Shown here: one piece after another, positions 1 through 9,212 of the stretch
Position numbering within the stretch: position 1 is the first letter of the stretch
How the letters are laid out: each line of letters starts with the position of its first letter
Assembly: GCF_018336915.1 (NCBI RefSeq)
Contig: NZ_CP064923.1
Coordinates: 1,950,001-1,982,000, forward strand
Length of the DNA: 32,000 bases
Direction of reading: 5' to 3'
From: Acaryochloris marina S15
GTDB lineage: Bacteria > Cyanobacteriota > Cyanobacteriia > Thermosynechococcales > Thermosynechococcaceae
Made by a program: the position numbers and the translations under genes
Notes under the pieces: model-generated
Told to the model about the DNA's origin: nothing
The model's database searches: none
Seen by the model: only the letters and a program-made list of their open reading frames with translations

Positions 1-441
1 ACCCTGGACTTTGCCCTAGCCCCGGATCAGCAGCCCTTAGAACAGGCCTATAAACAGCACTTAGGGGAGCAGTTCGGAATTACCTTTAATCATCTATTTG
101 CGATTACCAATCTACCCATCGGTCGCACCAAGTTTCATTTGCAACATCGTCAGCTTCATCAGCCCTATCTTCAGTTTTTGGAAGGCCATTTTAATGACTC
201 GACGATAGAGCATTTAATGTGTCGCAATGAGCTATCCGTCGATTATCTGGGCAATATCTATGACTGCGATTTCAATCAAATGGAGGAGATTCCAGCTACC
301 ACCCCTAAGGGGGAGCGGTTAACGGTGAAAAAGCTGTTGGACGCTGGCAGTCTCGATTTAATTGAAGACGTAAAAACAGCGCCCTATTGCTATGGCTGCA
401 CTGCGGGGAGTGGTTCGAGCTGCGGCGGTTCTTTGTTATGA
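1..441 (+). CDS. arsS: Radical SAM/Cys-rich protein of the arsenosugar-biosynthesis ArsS type, C-terminal part (5' end outside the window)
   Basis: Frame 1 is open from base 1 (TLDFALAPDQQPLEQAYKQHLGEQFGITFNHLFAITNLPIGRTKF...) to TGA at 439-441. The tail ...APYCYGCTAGSGSSCGGSLL matches the Cys-rich C-terminus I recall for this family. Assigned from motif memory, not a search. Confidence 0.7.
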   Translation, partial: TLDFALAPDQQPLEQAYKQHLGEQFGITFNHLFAITNLPIGRTKFHLQHRQLHQPYLQFLEGHFNDSTIEHLMCRNELSVDYLGNIYDCDFNQMEEIPATTPKGERLTVKKLLDAGSLDLIEDVKTAPYCYGCTAGSGSSCGGSLL

Positions 442-470
442 CATCACACACATTTTTTAAAGGTAAATCT

Positions 471-1223
471 ATGAATGTTCGTCACTGGAAAAAAATCCAA
501 CCTGTTTTATTAGCAGCTTTAGCCTTTTTGGTGATTACGGCATCTCCTGCTTGGGCCGCAGATGGGGGTGGTTTCAATCCCCAGCAACTGCTTCGGGATG
601 CCCTGTTATGGGTGAAAGAATTAGGTCCTGTCGGTGCGATCGCATTTATTGGGATTTACATTGTTTCCACCGTTGCCTTTTTGCCGGGGTCCATTTTGAC
701 CCTAGGCGCAGGGGTTGTCTTTGGAGTGGTTCAAGGATCTTTTTTAGTCTTTATTGGGGCCACTATTGGGGCTACTCTCGCTTTTCTGGTGGGGCGATAT
801 GCCGCTCGGGGCTGGATCTCTAAAAAAATTGAAGGCAATGATAAATTTGCAGCGATTGATAAAGCGGTCGGTAAAGAAGGGTTCAAGATTGTTCTACTGA
901 CCCGGCTATCCCCCATTTTTCCCTTTAACTTACTCAACTATGGCATGGGGGTTACGGGAGTTTCTTTAAGAGATTACTTTTTCGGTTCCGTGGGCATGAT
1001 TCCCGGCACCATTATGTATGTCTATCTCGGATCTCTAGCGGGGAATATCGCCACAATCGGCACAGGAGATCAACCCTCTAACCCCACCATTACTTGGGCC
1101 ATCCGCATTATCGGTTTTCTTGCCACGGTTTTAGTGACGGTCTATGTGACTAAAGTTGCCCGAAAAGCGCTGGCAGAAGCCGTTCCTGAAACCGGCTCTG
1201 TGGTAGAGCAAGAATTAAGCTAA
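471..1223 (+). CDS. TVP38/TMEM64 (DedA-superfamily, SNARE-associated) membrane protein
   Basis: Multi-TM ORF with the family core ...FLPGSILTLGAGVVFG...GATIGATLAFLVGRY...LLTRLSPIFPFNLLNY... The N-terminus MNVRHWKKIQPVLLAALAFLVITASPAWA looks like a signal or anchor. An alternative in-frame ATG at 438 overlaps the arsS stop (ATGA), so the start is either 438 or 471. Confidence 0.85.
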   Translation: MNVRHWKKIQPVLLAALAFLVITASPAWAADGGGFNPQQLLRDALLWVKELGPVGAIAFIGIYIVSTVAFLPGSILTLGAGVVFGVVQGSFLVFIGATIGATLAFLVGRYAARGWISKKIEGNDKFAAIDKAVGKEGFKIVLLTRLSPIFPFNLLNYGMGVTGVSLRDYFFGSVGMIPGTIMYVYLGSLAGNIATIGTGDQPSNPTITWAIRIIGFLATVLVTVYVTKVARKALAEAVPETGSVVEQELS

Positions 1224-1903
1224 TGCTGCAAGAAGGACTACGCCAACGGCAAGTGAAAGGTCGCAGACGATTACTAGCAGGGGTGGTAGGGGTGTTGTTG
1301 CTTCCCCTAGTCATTCGGTATGGTCCCTTGCTGTTTGACCAGATGCATTTAGTGGAGGTTGTGCAATCCCATGGTTTATGGGGCTACATCATCTTTCTTC
1401 TGCTACATATCGTCGCCACGATGCTGGGTGTCCCTGGTGTTATTCTCACGATTGTGGGCGGTATCTTGTTTGGCCTGCTATGGGGAAGTGTCTTATCCCT
1501 AGTCGGAGCTACCTTGGGAGCTCTGGGAGCCTTCTGGATGGCTCGCTATCTCTTCTTAGATTGGGCACAGAAACGCGTGCGCGATCGCAAGCTCCTCTGC
1601 TCCTTCAATCAGGCGGTCCTCCAGCATCCGTTTAGCTTTGTTCTGATCGTCCGCTTTGCCCCGATCTCACCCTTTAATTTGGTGAATTTCCTGTTTGGTA
1701 TGACTACCATTCACTGGTTTCCTTACAGCTTGGGAACGCTTATTGGCATTATCCCCGGTGTGATTGCCTATACCTGGATCGGCGTCGCTGGTAATGAGGC
1801 GATGCATGGCAAAGGCCCTTGGCCCTTAGTGATTGCCTGTACCTGCCTAGCGATATTGTCGGCAATGCCTTTGCTACTCCGCCAGAAGCGATCGTTTAAT
1901 TGA
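1223..1903 (+). CDS. TVP38/TMEM64 (DedA-superfamily) membrane protein, paralogue of the preceding gene
   Basis: The same family core is present (VPGVILTIVGGILFG...GATLGALGAFWMARY...VRFAPISPFNLVNF). The ATG at 1223-1225 overlaps the upstream TAA at 1221-1223 (TAATG). Confidence 0.85.
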   Translation: MLQEGLRQRQVKGRRRLLAGVVGVLLLPLVIRYGPLLFDQMHLVEVVQSHGLWGYIIFLLLHIVATMLGVPGVILTIVGGILFGLLWGSVLSLVGATLGALGAFWMARYLFLDWAQKRVRDRKLLCSFNQAVLQHPFSFVLIVRFAPISPFNLVNFLFGMTTIHWFPYSLGTLIGIIPGVIAYTWIGVAGNEAMHGKGPWPLVIACTCLAILSAMPLLLRQKRSFN

Positions 1904-2013
1904 AGGGCTTCGACATCCGCCTAATTTTTCTCACAAGATAGCTGTCAGTAACTTGAGTTCGAGATCAGTAAAGGATTAAGTAGCTTTCCTCATCCAAAGG
2001 CATAAGCTAGAGC

Positions 2014-2898
2014 CTAAAATCTTGAAGCTGACCGAAATTCATCAGGATTCTGACCCACCAGTCGTCTAAAGAACTTAATAAAATTGGTCGTCTCCTCAAA
2101 TCCCAACGAAGCTCCCACCTCTTTCACCGTCGTTTGACCAAACAGTAAGCGTCGCTGGGCCTCAACAGCCACCCGTTCGTCCGTAATCGCCTTAGGTGAT
2201 TTGCCAGCCGCTGTCCTACAGATGCGAGACAGCGTTTTAGCCGAGCAATTCATCCGTGCCGCGTACCATTTCATATTGCGACAGGACTCATAGGATTGCT
2301 CCAGCAACTCAACAAACTCTAGAAATCGCGGATCTATTGTTTTTGCCGAGTGATGTTTGTCTGATTCCACTGCCGCCTGGGATGCAAAAGCAATGACAGA
2401 CCACAATAGATATTGCGCAGCGGGCCGCAGTTGGCTGTCCATTGTTTGATGAGTTTCCAATACTTCAATGTGTTGTTGGAGCATCTGGGCTTGCTTCAAT
2501 TCAAGAGATGTAATGGATGGCCAAACATGCTGAATGGTAGACCAAGATAAGGGACTGGAAATATTGGTGGATAGTCCTAATAAATGGGTCGGCAAGGCAG
2601 CAGGCACAAACACGACCATAAAGGCATCTAATTCTGGGGCATGACCAAAATAGTGTACCTGATTGGCACAAACATGAATTAATGTCCCTGCCTTGACGGG
2701 ATATTCAATAAAATCAATGCCGTGGGTGCCCTGGCCCTGGGTAAACAAAATTAAAGCATGGAAGTGAAGGCGGTGCGGTTGCCAAGGATCGTGATCCTCT
2801 GGCAGCTCTCGGTTGTATAAATTCTGCAAGCGCAGTACTTCAAAGTGACTGTTGACCGCAGGCGACCATTGCACATTCGCCAGGGACAGTGTGTCCAT
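2014..2898 (-). CDS. AraC-family transcriptional regulator (N-terminal cupin-like sensor plus C-terminal HTH)
   Basis: The C-terminal half ...YAARMNCSAKTLSRICRTAAGKSPKAITDERVAVEAQRRLLFGQTTVKEVGASLGFEETTNFIKFFRR is a typical AraC double HTH. The track ORF starts at TTG 2910. The first ATG (MDTLSLANV) at 2898 is the more likely start. Confidence 0.85.
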   Translation of the reverse strand: MDTLSLANVQWSPAVNSHFEVLRLQNLYNRELPEDHDPWQPHRLHFHALILFTQGQGTHGIDFIEYPVKAGTLIHVCANQVHYFGHAPELDAFMVVFVPAALPTHLLGLSTNISSPLSWSTIQHVWPSITSLELKQAQMLQQHIEVLETHQTMDSQLRPAAQYLLWSVIAFASQAAVESDKHHSAKTIDPRFLEFVELLEQSYESCRNMKWYAARMNCSAKTLSRICRTAAGKSPKAITDERVAVEAQRRLLFGQTTVKEVGASLGFEETTNFIKFFRRLVGQNPDEFRSASRF

Positions 2899-3353
2899 TT
2901 TTGACCCCAAATATTAGCAGATTTGACTCTTTCTTATACTGGCTCGGTTATTTATGATGGTAACTAAATCAAGCCCACGCCAGTCTCAGGTTTATCCATT
3001 AGAGCATTGACCTGGAATCGCTAACACCTAAAGAAAAGGGTATTGCCTTCCTAAACAGTTTAGATTCTGGAGATCAAGCACCTATTCCTTGCATTAATCC
3101 CAATCAATATATTCAGGACCAATAAAAACGGCAAGTTTGGATTCGGTAATGATGTTTTGAGGGCTAGTGATAGCCAACAGATGAGAGGACATCTACCGAC
3201 CATTCTTGTCGCCAGAATGGGCCCTGATTTCATAACTCTGCAAAGTTCCAAAACGCCCGCTTTATCAAAGCATGATGTTGACTCGCCAACACCATAATCG
3301 TGTGCCTGAGATAACGACTGCTTCTTAGAACTGTTAATTCGTAAACCAAAAAT

Positions 3354-4127
3354 ATGATCCTTAACCCAAAACATCGCCGTCAGATGCGGCAGGTCACTGT
3401 CCAAAAAATTGATCAAGTTACGCCTCGAGTGCGACGGATCGTGCTGGGTGGTGAACCCCTAGTCGGTTTTAACACCCCTCGTCCGGGGGCACATATTAAG
3501 CTGCTGTTTGGCGTTGATCCAAATGAACCCGTTGACCCCAAGAAAATGCGCTCCCAGATGCGGACCTATACCCCCCGGCACTTTAATTCCGAGACTCATG
3601 AACTGACGGTGGAATTTGTGCTTCATGGCAGCGGCTTGGCCTCGACTTGGGCAGCCCAGGCCCAGGTGGGTGAGACCATCACTGTGGCTGGACCAGGAGG
3701 AGGAATGGATATTCCAGATGTCGCAGTAATGGTCATGTTGGTGGATGAGTCTGCTATGCCTGCTGCAGGTATCCTGTTGGAATCACTTCCGGCCAACTGT
3801 AGCCCCATCGTCATTTGCGAAGTCGAAGATGTTCATGAACAGCGATCCCTCAGTTCCAAAATTGGGGTTCAGCCAACCTGGCTATTTCGCAAAGAGCAAT
3901 CTGCAGAGCCAGGCCTACTCCTGGAAAAGTATCTACCGAATGTGTTGATGGGTATAGAAGACTTGGATGATGTCTTTTGGTGGATTGCTTGTGAAGCGAA
4001 TGCGATGCGCCGGATGCGCTCACACCTATTGAATCAACAGGGCGTTAGTAAAGATAGACTTGTTTCCCGAGGATATTGGAAATTAGATACAAGCAATCAC
4101 CCAGACCATGATTATGGTGAATCTTAG
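3354..4127 (+). CDS. Siderophore-interacting protein / FAD-binding ferric-reductase family (SIP, ViuB-like)
   Basis: An N-terminal FAD-binding beta-barrel pattern (VTPRVRRIVLGG...GAHIKLLF...MRTYTPRHFN, the RxYT motif) is followed by an NAD(P)-binding-like half. The start could also be the Met at 3384. Confidence 0.75.
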   Translation: MILNPKHRRQMRQVTVQKIDQVTPRVRRIVLGGEPLVGFNTPRPGAHIKLLFGVDPNEPVDPKKMRSQMRTYTPRHFNSETHELTVEFVLHGSGLASTWAAQAQVGETITVAGPGGGMDIPDVAVMVMLVDESAMPAAGILLESLPANCSPIVICEVEDVHEQRSLSSKIGVQPTWLFRKEQSAEPGLLLEKYLPNVLMGIEDLDDVFWWIACEANAMRRMRSHLLNQQGVSKDRLVSRGYWKLDTSNHPDHDYGES

Positions 4128-4198
4128 ATACAAAAAGTGCTACCAAACGGCTCAAGCGTGAGCATTGTTTCCGAAGGATTTTAAGAGAAGGAAGAGCG

Positions 4199-5053
4199 AT
4201 GACAAAAATTGCGATCACAGCAGCCAGTGGAAAACTAGGTGGCGAAATTGTTAAAGCTACGGGCTTAGTGATGGGTCAGGAGAACGTTGTGGGTCTGGCA
4301 CGGACACCCGCTAGGGCAGCTCATCTAGGCGTAGAGGTTCGCAAGGGCGATTACAATAATCTAGCGGAGTTAGAATCCTCGCTGCTGGGGATAGATAAGT
4401 TACTGCTAGTCTCCGGTATGGATGCCCCTGATAAACGCATTGGCCAACATCGTAATGTCATTGCAGCGGCTAAAGCAGCAGGTGTTACCAAAATTGTTTA
4501 CACCAGTGTTCAGGGTGCTGATGAAGGCACAACCTTTAGTCCGGTTATTCAAAGTAATCGCAAAACTGAACAAGATGTTCGCAATAGTGGTTTGCAATGG
4601 GTCATTGGCCGCAATGGCATTTACATTGAGCCTGATGTGGACTACATCGAGACCTATCAACAAGCCGGGGAGATTACGAACTGCGCTGGAGAGGGTAAGT
4701 GTGGTTATACCACTCGCTCAGAGTTGGCCTATGCCTATACCCGCATGTTGACTGAGGACAAGTACAATGGCGAAATCTATAATTTGCATGGTGAAGCCAT
4801 TACCCAATCTGAACTAGCTGGGTATTTAAATTGGGCCTTCGGTACTCAACTGAACTACCGTGCCATGACTATAGAGGACTATCGATGCGATCGCATGGCT
4901 GAATTAGGTGAGTTTATGGGGACTGTGATTGCAGGAATTTATGAAGGGATTCATGACGGTAAGGCTGATAACCCCAGTGATTTCTCAGCAGTTGCAGGTA
5001 GAAAACACCAAAGTTGGAGAGATTATTTTATGGGCTTAAAGCAAATGTCTTAA
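4199..5053 (+). CDS. NmrA-like / atypical SDR NAD(P)-binding oxidoreductase
   Basis: N-terminal Rossmann motif MTKIAITAASGKLGGEIV and overall NmrA-like length and pattern. An AG-rich Shine-Dalgarno (agaaggaagag) lies just upstream. Confidence 0.8.
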   Translation: MTKIAITAASGKLGGEIVKATGLVMGQENVVGLARTPARAAHLGVEVRKGDYNNLAELESSLLGIDKLLLVSGMDAPDKRIGQHRNVIAAAKAAGVTKIVYTSVQGADEGTTFSPVIQSNRKTEQDVRNSGLQWVIGRNGIYIEPDVDYIETYQQAGEITNCAGEGKCGYTTRSELAYAYTRMLTEDKYNGEIYNLHGEAITQSELAGYLNWAFGTQLNYRAMTIEDYRCDRMAELGEFMGTVIAGIYEGIHDGKADNPSDFSAVAGRKHQSWRDYFMGLKQMS

Positions 5054-5163
5054 ATCTGGAATCATTCAAGGGCTCGTTGTTTTGCCAGGTCCAAGAGTAG
5101 GTTGGCGAGGTAGTTTAATTGCCACCTAGAAAATCAATGAAGCGAGTGATTGACGATGGTGGG

Positions 5164-5553
5164 CTACACCAAGAGCTGCCACAGAATTACAAATAAGGAC
5201 AACATAGCCCCTACAAACCCTAACGAACGCAATACTGGCACGCCAATAATATAGGCAAAGGCATGGAAGATCCTGCAGGCAACCATAATTATTGCTGCCA
5301 GATTAATCAATGGGTTGGCTGCTCCCGACAACTGAACGACGAGCAGGGTTACCACTAACATCGGTAAATTTTCATAATGGTTGCGCTGAGCCCGCTCTGC
5401 CCGTTGAGCCCAGGGTGGAATCTCAGGCATGGTGTCCCGATTGCTTGCGGCCCATTCCATTCCACCTTTTGCAAACCGTGCCAGGGTGGGGATGTAATTG
5501 AGGGGGAGAGACCACATGGCGAGAGCCAGGGCACAAAATAGTACAGTTGTCAT
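5164..5553 (-). CDS. MAPEG-family membrane protein
   Basis: 129 aa with about 4 TM segments and the conserved RAERAQRNHYENLP segment typical of MAPEG proteins. Confidence 0.65.
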   Translation of the reverse strand: MTTVLFCALALAMWSLPLNYIPTLARFAKGGMEWAASNRDTMPEIPPWAQRAERAQRNHYENLPMLVVTLLVVQLSGAANPLINLAAIIMVACRIFHAFAYIIGVPVLRSLGFVGAMLSLFVILWQLLV

Positions 5554-5640
5554 CGCAGGTTAATTTAAGCCAAATACCATAGCATTAATGGTACTGAGCA
5601 ATGGAATATTTGTGTTCTATGCCAAGAGAAAGGTTGGTTT

Positions 5641-8013
5641 TTAGGCGGATTGATACTCGAATCGATCTTGCGATCGCAACAAGGAAGTCGCGCCCCTCGC
5701 CGTTAGGGGTGGAGCAAACAAAAAGCCTTGGCCGTGGGTGCAGTCGAGGGAATTGAGGTAATTGAGCTGGGTTTTATTCTCCACTCCTTCCGCAACTACC
5801 TTCAGATCTAAATTATTGGCAAGTAAGAGAATCGAACGAATAATCGCTTGTCCCTCTGCCCCCATATCGATTCGTTGGACAAAAGTTTGATCAATCTTTA
5901 AGGCATTAATAGGCAGGCTATACAGATAGCTTAAAGAAGAATATCCCGCCCCAAAATCATCGAGATAGAGTTCTAATCCCAGATCTCGCAGCTGTTTCAG
6001 TAAGGTAATCGTTGTCTGATCATTGCGAATAATCGTGCTTTCCGTCAGCTCTAGCTTGAGATGGGTCGGATCGATGCGAGATGCAGTCAGAATATCCGCC
6101 ACCTTGGTGACTAAATCACTGTGAAACAGCTGTTTCGCCGATAAATTCACGCTAATTCGCAGGGTTTCATAATCTGGAAGGCGTTGCCACTGACGCAGCT
6201 GATTACAGGCCTGCTGCAATACCGATAATCCCAAATCCTGAATCATGCCAGACTCTTCGGCAATGCCAATTAGATCGGAGGCGGCAATGGGTTGATGGTT
6301 GCTGTCGTACCACCGAATTAACGCTTCAAAGGTGTCAATCGCTCCAGTCTTCAGGCAGACAATGGGCTGGTAGTAGATCTCAAAGGCTTGGCGTTCAATG
6401 GCCCGCCGCATTTCTGTTTCTAGCTGCGATCTCGCCATGGTCTGGGACTGCATGCCGGTGTTAAAGACCTTATGACAGCCTTTACCCGCTGACTTAGCCT
6501 GGTACATGGCCACATCTGCATCTTGCAACACCTGCTCGGCATCTTGATACCCAAAGTTACTGAGGGTGATGCCAATGCTAACGTCAATGAAAATCTCATG
6601 TACCCCCAGATTAAAGGGTAAGGTCAACTGTTGGCGGAGACGTTCTGCCGTCGCAGAGGCATCTTCTTGGTTTTGGAGACCATTGAGTAAAATCACAAAT
6701 TCGTCTCCTCCTAAACGAGAGGCCGTATCGCCTGGACGCAACGAGGACAGCAATCGTTCAGCAATGCCCATCAGCAACTGATCACCAACCCCATGGCCCA
6801 TGCTGTCATTAATGATTTTGAACCGATCTAAATCCAAAAACAGCACGGCAAACAGATAGTCGGGATAGCGCTTCAGCTGTTTGAGAGATTGTTCTAATCG
6901 ATTCGTAAACAAGGCGCGATTCGGTAAGCCCGTTAAGGGATCGTGGAAGGCATGATGGAGGAGTTCACTCTCTTTCTGATGATGTTTTAAAGCCCCACTG
7001 AGACTTGCCACCAAGGTTTGTAACAGAGAAATATCTGGGGCAGACCATTGACGTTCAATATGGCGATTCTCAAAGCTCATAAATCCCCAGAGCTGATCTT
7101 CGATAAAGATGGGGAGGAGAAAAACAGAGCAAATGTCGGCTCGTTTCAGATGCGATCGCTCAATTTCGTGAAAATCTCGAGTCAGCTGGGAAAAAGGTAG
7201 ACGGCGAACCAAGGACTGGTACCAACGTCGTTGCCCGATCACATCGGCGGGAACGGTCCAGGGCAGCTGTAAACTGGAAGCCGACTCGGTCTTCTTCACC
7301 CAGGCATAGCGCAGTTGGGGGGTGAGCACGCCAGTCTTAGACGTATGGAGTTCGCAAACATAGAGCCGATCGATCTGCGCTGCATTACCGGTCACGGCCA
7401 GGGCTTTGGTGACCGCTGTATTGAAGTGGGAGCCCGTGAGCAGATATTGACTGGCTTCAGCTACGGCGGTTAGTAAGGCATCCCGCTGTTGTTGGGCTAA
7501 TCGATGCTGGAGGTGTTCGGTGCGATCCAGCCAACAACCAATCAGCTCTAATCCTGGCCCTGTCGGTTTAGACACGAGCTGAAAGATATTTTGAACCCAG
7601 CGATACCCTAACTGTTTATGAAAAAAGCGGTACTCGCACTCCTGCCAAATATCTAACGTGCCTTGGCTGAGGGTTGCTAATACCAGGGACCGATCGTCAG
7701 GATGGATCAGGGATAGCCAGCGGGTTGGCTCTGCGAGTAAATCCTGATCGGTATAGCCAAATAGGGATGTAACGCTCTGGGAAACAGCCGTTAAATCAAA
7801 GGCACCGGGACAGCTGCTGTACATGACCGCAGGGCAGGCAGCTGTCAGATGATCTAAGTTGGCCTGTTGGTCGCTTTTCACGATCTCGTAGAGCGGAGGG
7901 GACGTCACACCGAATTTACTCCAAGCACAGATAAACGATGATTTATACCGATTGAAATAGCGTAAATTCACGCATATTTCTGAATACTGGCTGAATAAAT
8001 CGTCTTCCCTCAA
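5641..8013 (-). CDS. PAS-GAF-GGDEF-EAL c-di-GMP signalling protein (diguanylate cyclase/phosphodiesterase)
   Basis: A PAS-like segment (FGYTDQDLL...IHPDD...EYRFFHK) and a GAF-like segment precede the catalytic domains. An intact GGDEF is encoded at 6697-6711 (ASRLGGDEFVILL). The EAL domain is intact (FEALIRW...ELTES...DDFGAGYSSLSYL). The longest ORF starts at TTG 8013, so the true start is uncertain. Confidence 0.9.
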   Translation of the reverse strand: MREDDLFSQYSEICVNLRYFNRYKSSFICAWSKFGVTSPPLYEIVKSDQQANLDHLTAACPAVMYSSCPGAFDLTAVSQSVTSLFGYTDQDLLAEPTRWLSLIHPDDRSLVLATLSQGTLDIWQECEYRFFHKQLGYRWVQNIFQLVSKPTGPGLELIGCWLDRTEHLQHRLAQQQRDALLTAVAEASQYLLTGSHFNTAVTKALAVTGNAAQIDRLYVCELHTSKTGVLTPQLRYAWVKKTESASSLQLPWTVPADVIGQRRWYQSLVRRLPFSQLTRDFHEIERSHLKRADICSVFLLPIFIEDQLWGFMSFENRHIERQWSAPDISLLQTLVASLSGALKHHQKESELLHHAFHDPLTGLPNRALFTNRLEQSLKQLKRYPDYLFAVLFLDLDRFKIINDSMGHGVGDQLLMGIAERLLSSLRPGDTASRLGGDEFVILLNGLQNQEDASATAERLRQQLTLPFNLGVHEIFIDVSIGITLSNFGYQDAEQVLQDADVAMYQAKSAGKGCHKVFNTGMQSQTMARSQLETEMRRAIERQAFEIYYQPIVCLKTGAIDTFEALIRWYDSNHQPIAASDLIGIAEESGMIQDLGLSVLQQACNQLRQWQRLPDYETLRISVNLSAKQLFHSDLVTKVADILTASRIDPTHLKLELTESTIIRNDQTTITLLKQLRDLGLELYLDDFGAGYSSLSYLYSLPINALKIDQTFVQRIDMGAEGQAIIRSILLLANNLDLKVVAEGVENKTQLNYLNSLDCTHGQGFLFAPPLTARGATSLLRSQDRFEYQSA

Positions 8014-8169
8014 AGGGTACGAGTTGATTTAGGTGGTTGTCCTCAGCAAATATACGGACATGTTTAAACAGAATATTTCGTATTGTTAAGCTCGATTTCT
8101 AGAACTAGCAATCTGCCCGATTGAACCACTTTTTTAATAAGAGCTTTAAGGCTTCAAAGCTATGTGGAG

Positions 8170-9174
8170 CTATGGTTTTTTAGGATTAGAACGGAGAATG
8201 GGGGCTGTTGCAGTTTGAGATTGCTTAGTGTCTAACCACGCTAGACCTGCCCCCAAGGCTTCGGCAAGGGTGTTCATCAATCGATACAAAGCGACACTGC
8301 CCAACGCCAATCCGTAGGACAGGGTGGAGGTCTCAGTCAGGACGCCGGGGCGAATCATCAGTTGGCAGACGGTGAGTTCAAATACGCCGACTCCGCCTGG
8401 AACTCCAGGGGTGACAAATCCTAGCAGCCAGCCAATACTGAAAATGCTAATCAGACGCGGAATGGCTTCAATCTCGACTGGAGTGAGGGCTTGGACGGTG
8501 AGGGCAAATCCAAGACCCCTAAGGACAATAATGCTAATTTCACCGAGTAAAGGCCGCCAGGGATAGTGCTTGAGTAGGAAGGGCTTGGCTTTCCTTTTGG
8601 GTTTGGATTTAGAAATAACGGCTCCGAGTTGAGACAGCCGTCGAATCAGAAACCGCAAAATTCTAGGATGGACAATAATTAATGCGGCTAGCAGTCCCAA
8701 GCCTGCAGTCCATAGACCGCTCCGAGGCACACTTAACAAACCGAGAATTAACCCTGCTGAAATCATTAAGAGGGTGTCGAGAATGACACTGAGGGAGGCA
8801 GCGGTTAGAGGAATGCCTATATTTTGGGCAGCTAAGGTTCGACCATAGAGATGGAGCAAATTGCTGGGTAAGTATTTGGCAATATTGGTGGTCAGGTAAA
8901 TCTGGGTTGCCCAAACATTGCTGACGGGATGCCCCAAATCTTCTAGAATCCATCCCCAGACCCATCCCGTCCCGGTAAAGGCAAACAGGGTGATACCGGT
9001 TGCGATCGCAACACTAGCCCAAGCCGACAAGGTAATTTGAATGGCTGCAATCGCCTGCCAATGCTCAAATAAGGCTTTCCCTAAAAAGGCCAAAACCGCC
9101 ATCAGCAATCCGGCAAAAAAGACGGCCTTATAGCTCGTCCATAGCTGCTTAATCCAGCTCCAACGCTGATCCAT
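8170..9174 (-). CDS. UPF0104 / lysylphosphatidylglycerol-synthase-TM-region-like (flippase-like) integral membrane protein
   Basis: 334 aa, highly hydrophobic and multi-TM, with a basic loop (KSKPKRKAKPFLLKHYPWR) in the middle as in the UPF0104 family. The family call is from memory. Confidence 0.6.
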   Translation of the reverse strand: MDQRWSWIKQLWTSYKAVFFAGLLMAVLAFLGKALFEHWQAIAAIQITLSAWASVAIATGITLFAFTGTGWVWGWILEDLGHPVSNVWATQIYLTTNIAKYLPSNLLHLYGRTLAAQNIGIPLTAASLSVILDTLLMISAGLILGLLSVPRSGLWTAGLGLLAALIIVHPRILRFLIRRLSQLGAVISKSKPKRKAKPFLLKHYPWRPLLGEISIIVLRGLGFALTVQALTPVEIEAIPRLISIFSIGWLLGFVTPGVPGGVGVFELTVCQLMIRPGVLTETSTLSYGLALGSVALYRLMNTLAEALGAGLAWLDTKQSQTATAPILRSNPKKP

Positions 9175-9212
9175 GAAGATATGCTCTAACTTGGGTTTAG
9201 ACCGCTAGTCTT

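Noticed and set aside
3060-3416. 118-aa minus-strand ORF in the AraC/SIP spacer
   Set aside because: The sequence has no recognisable features and poor coding character. It overlaps the start of the SIP gene, so it is probably a chance ORF.
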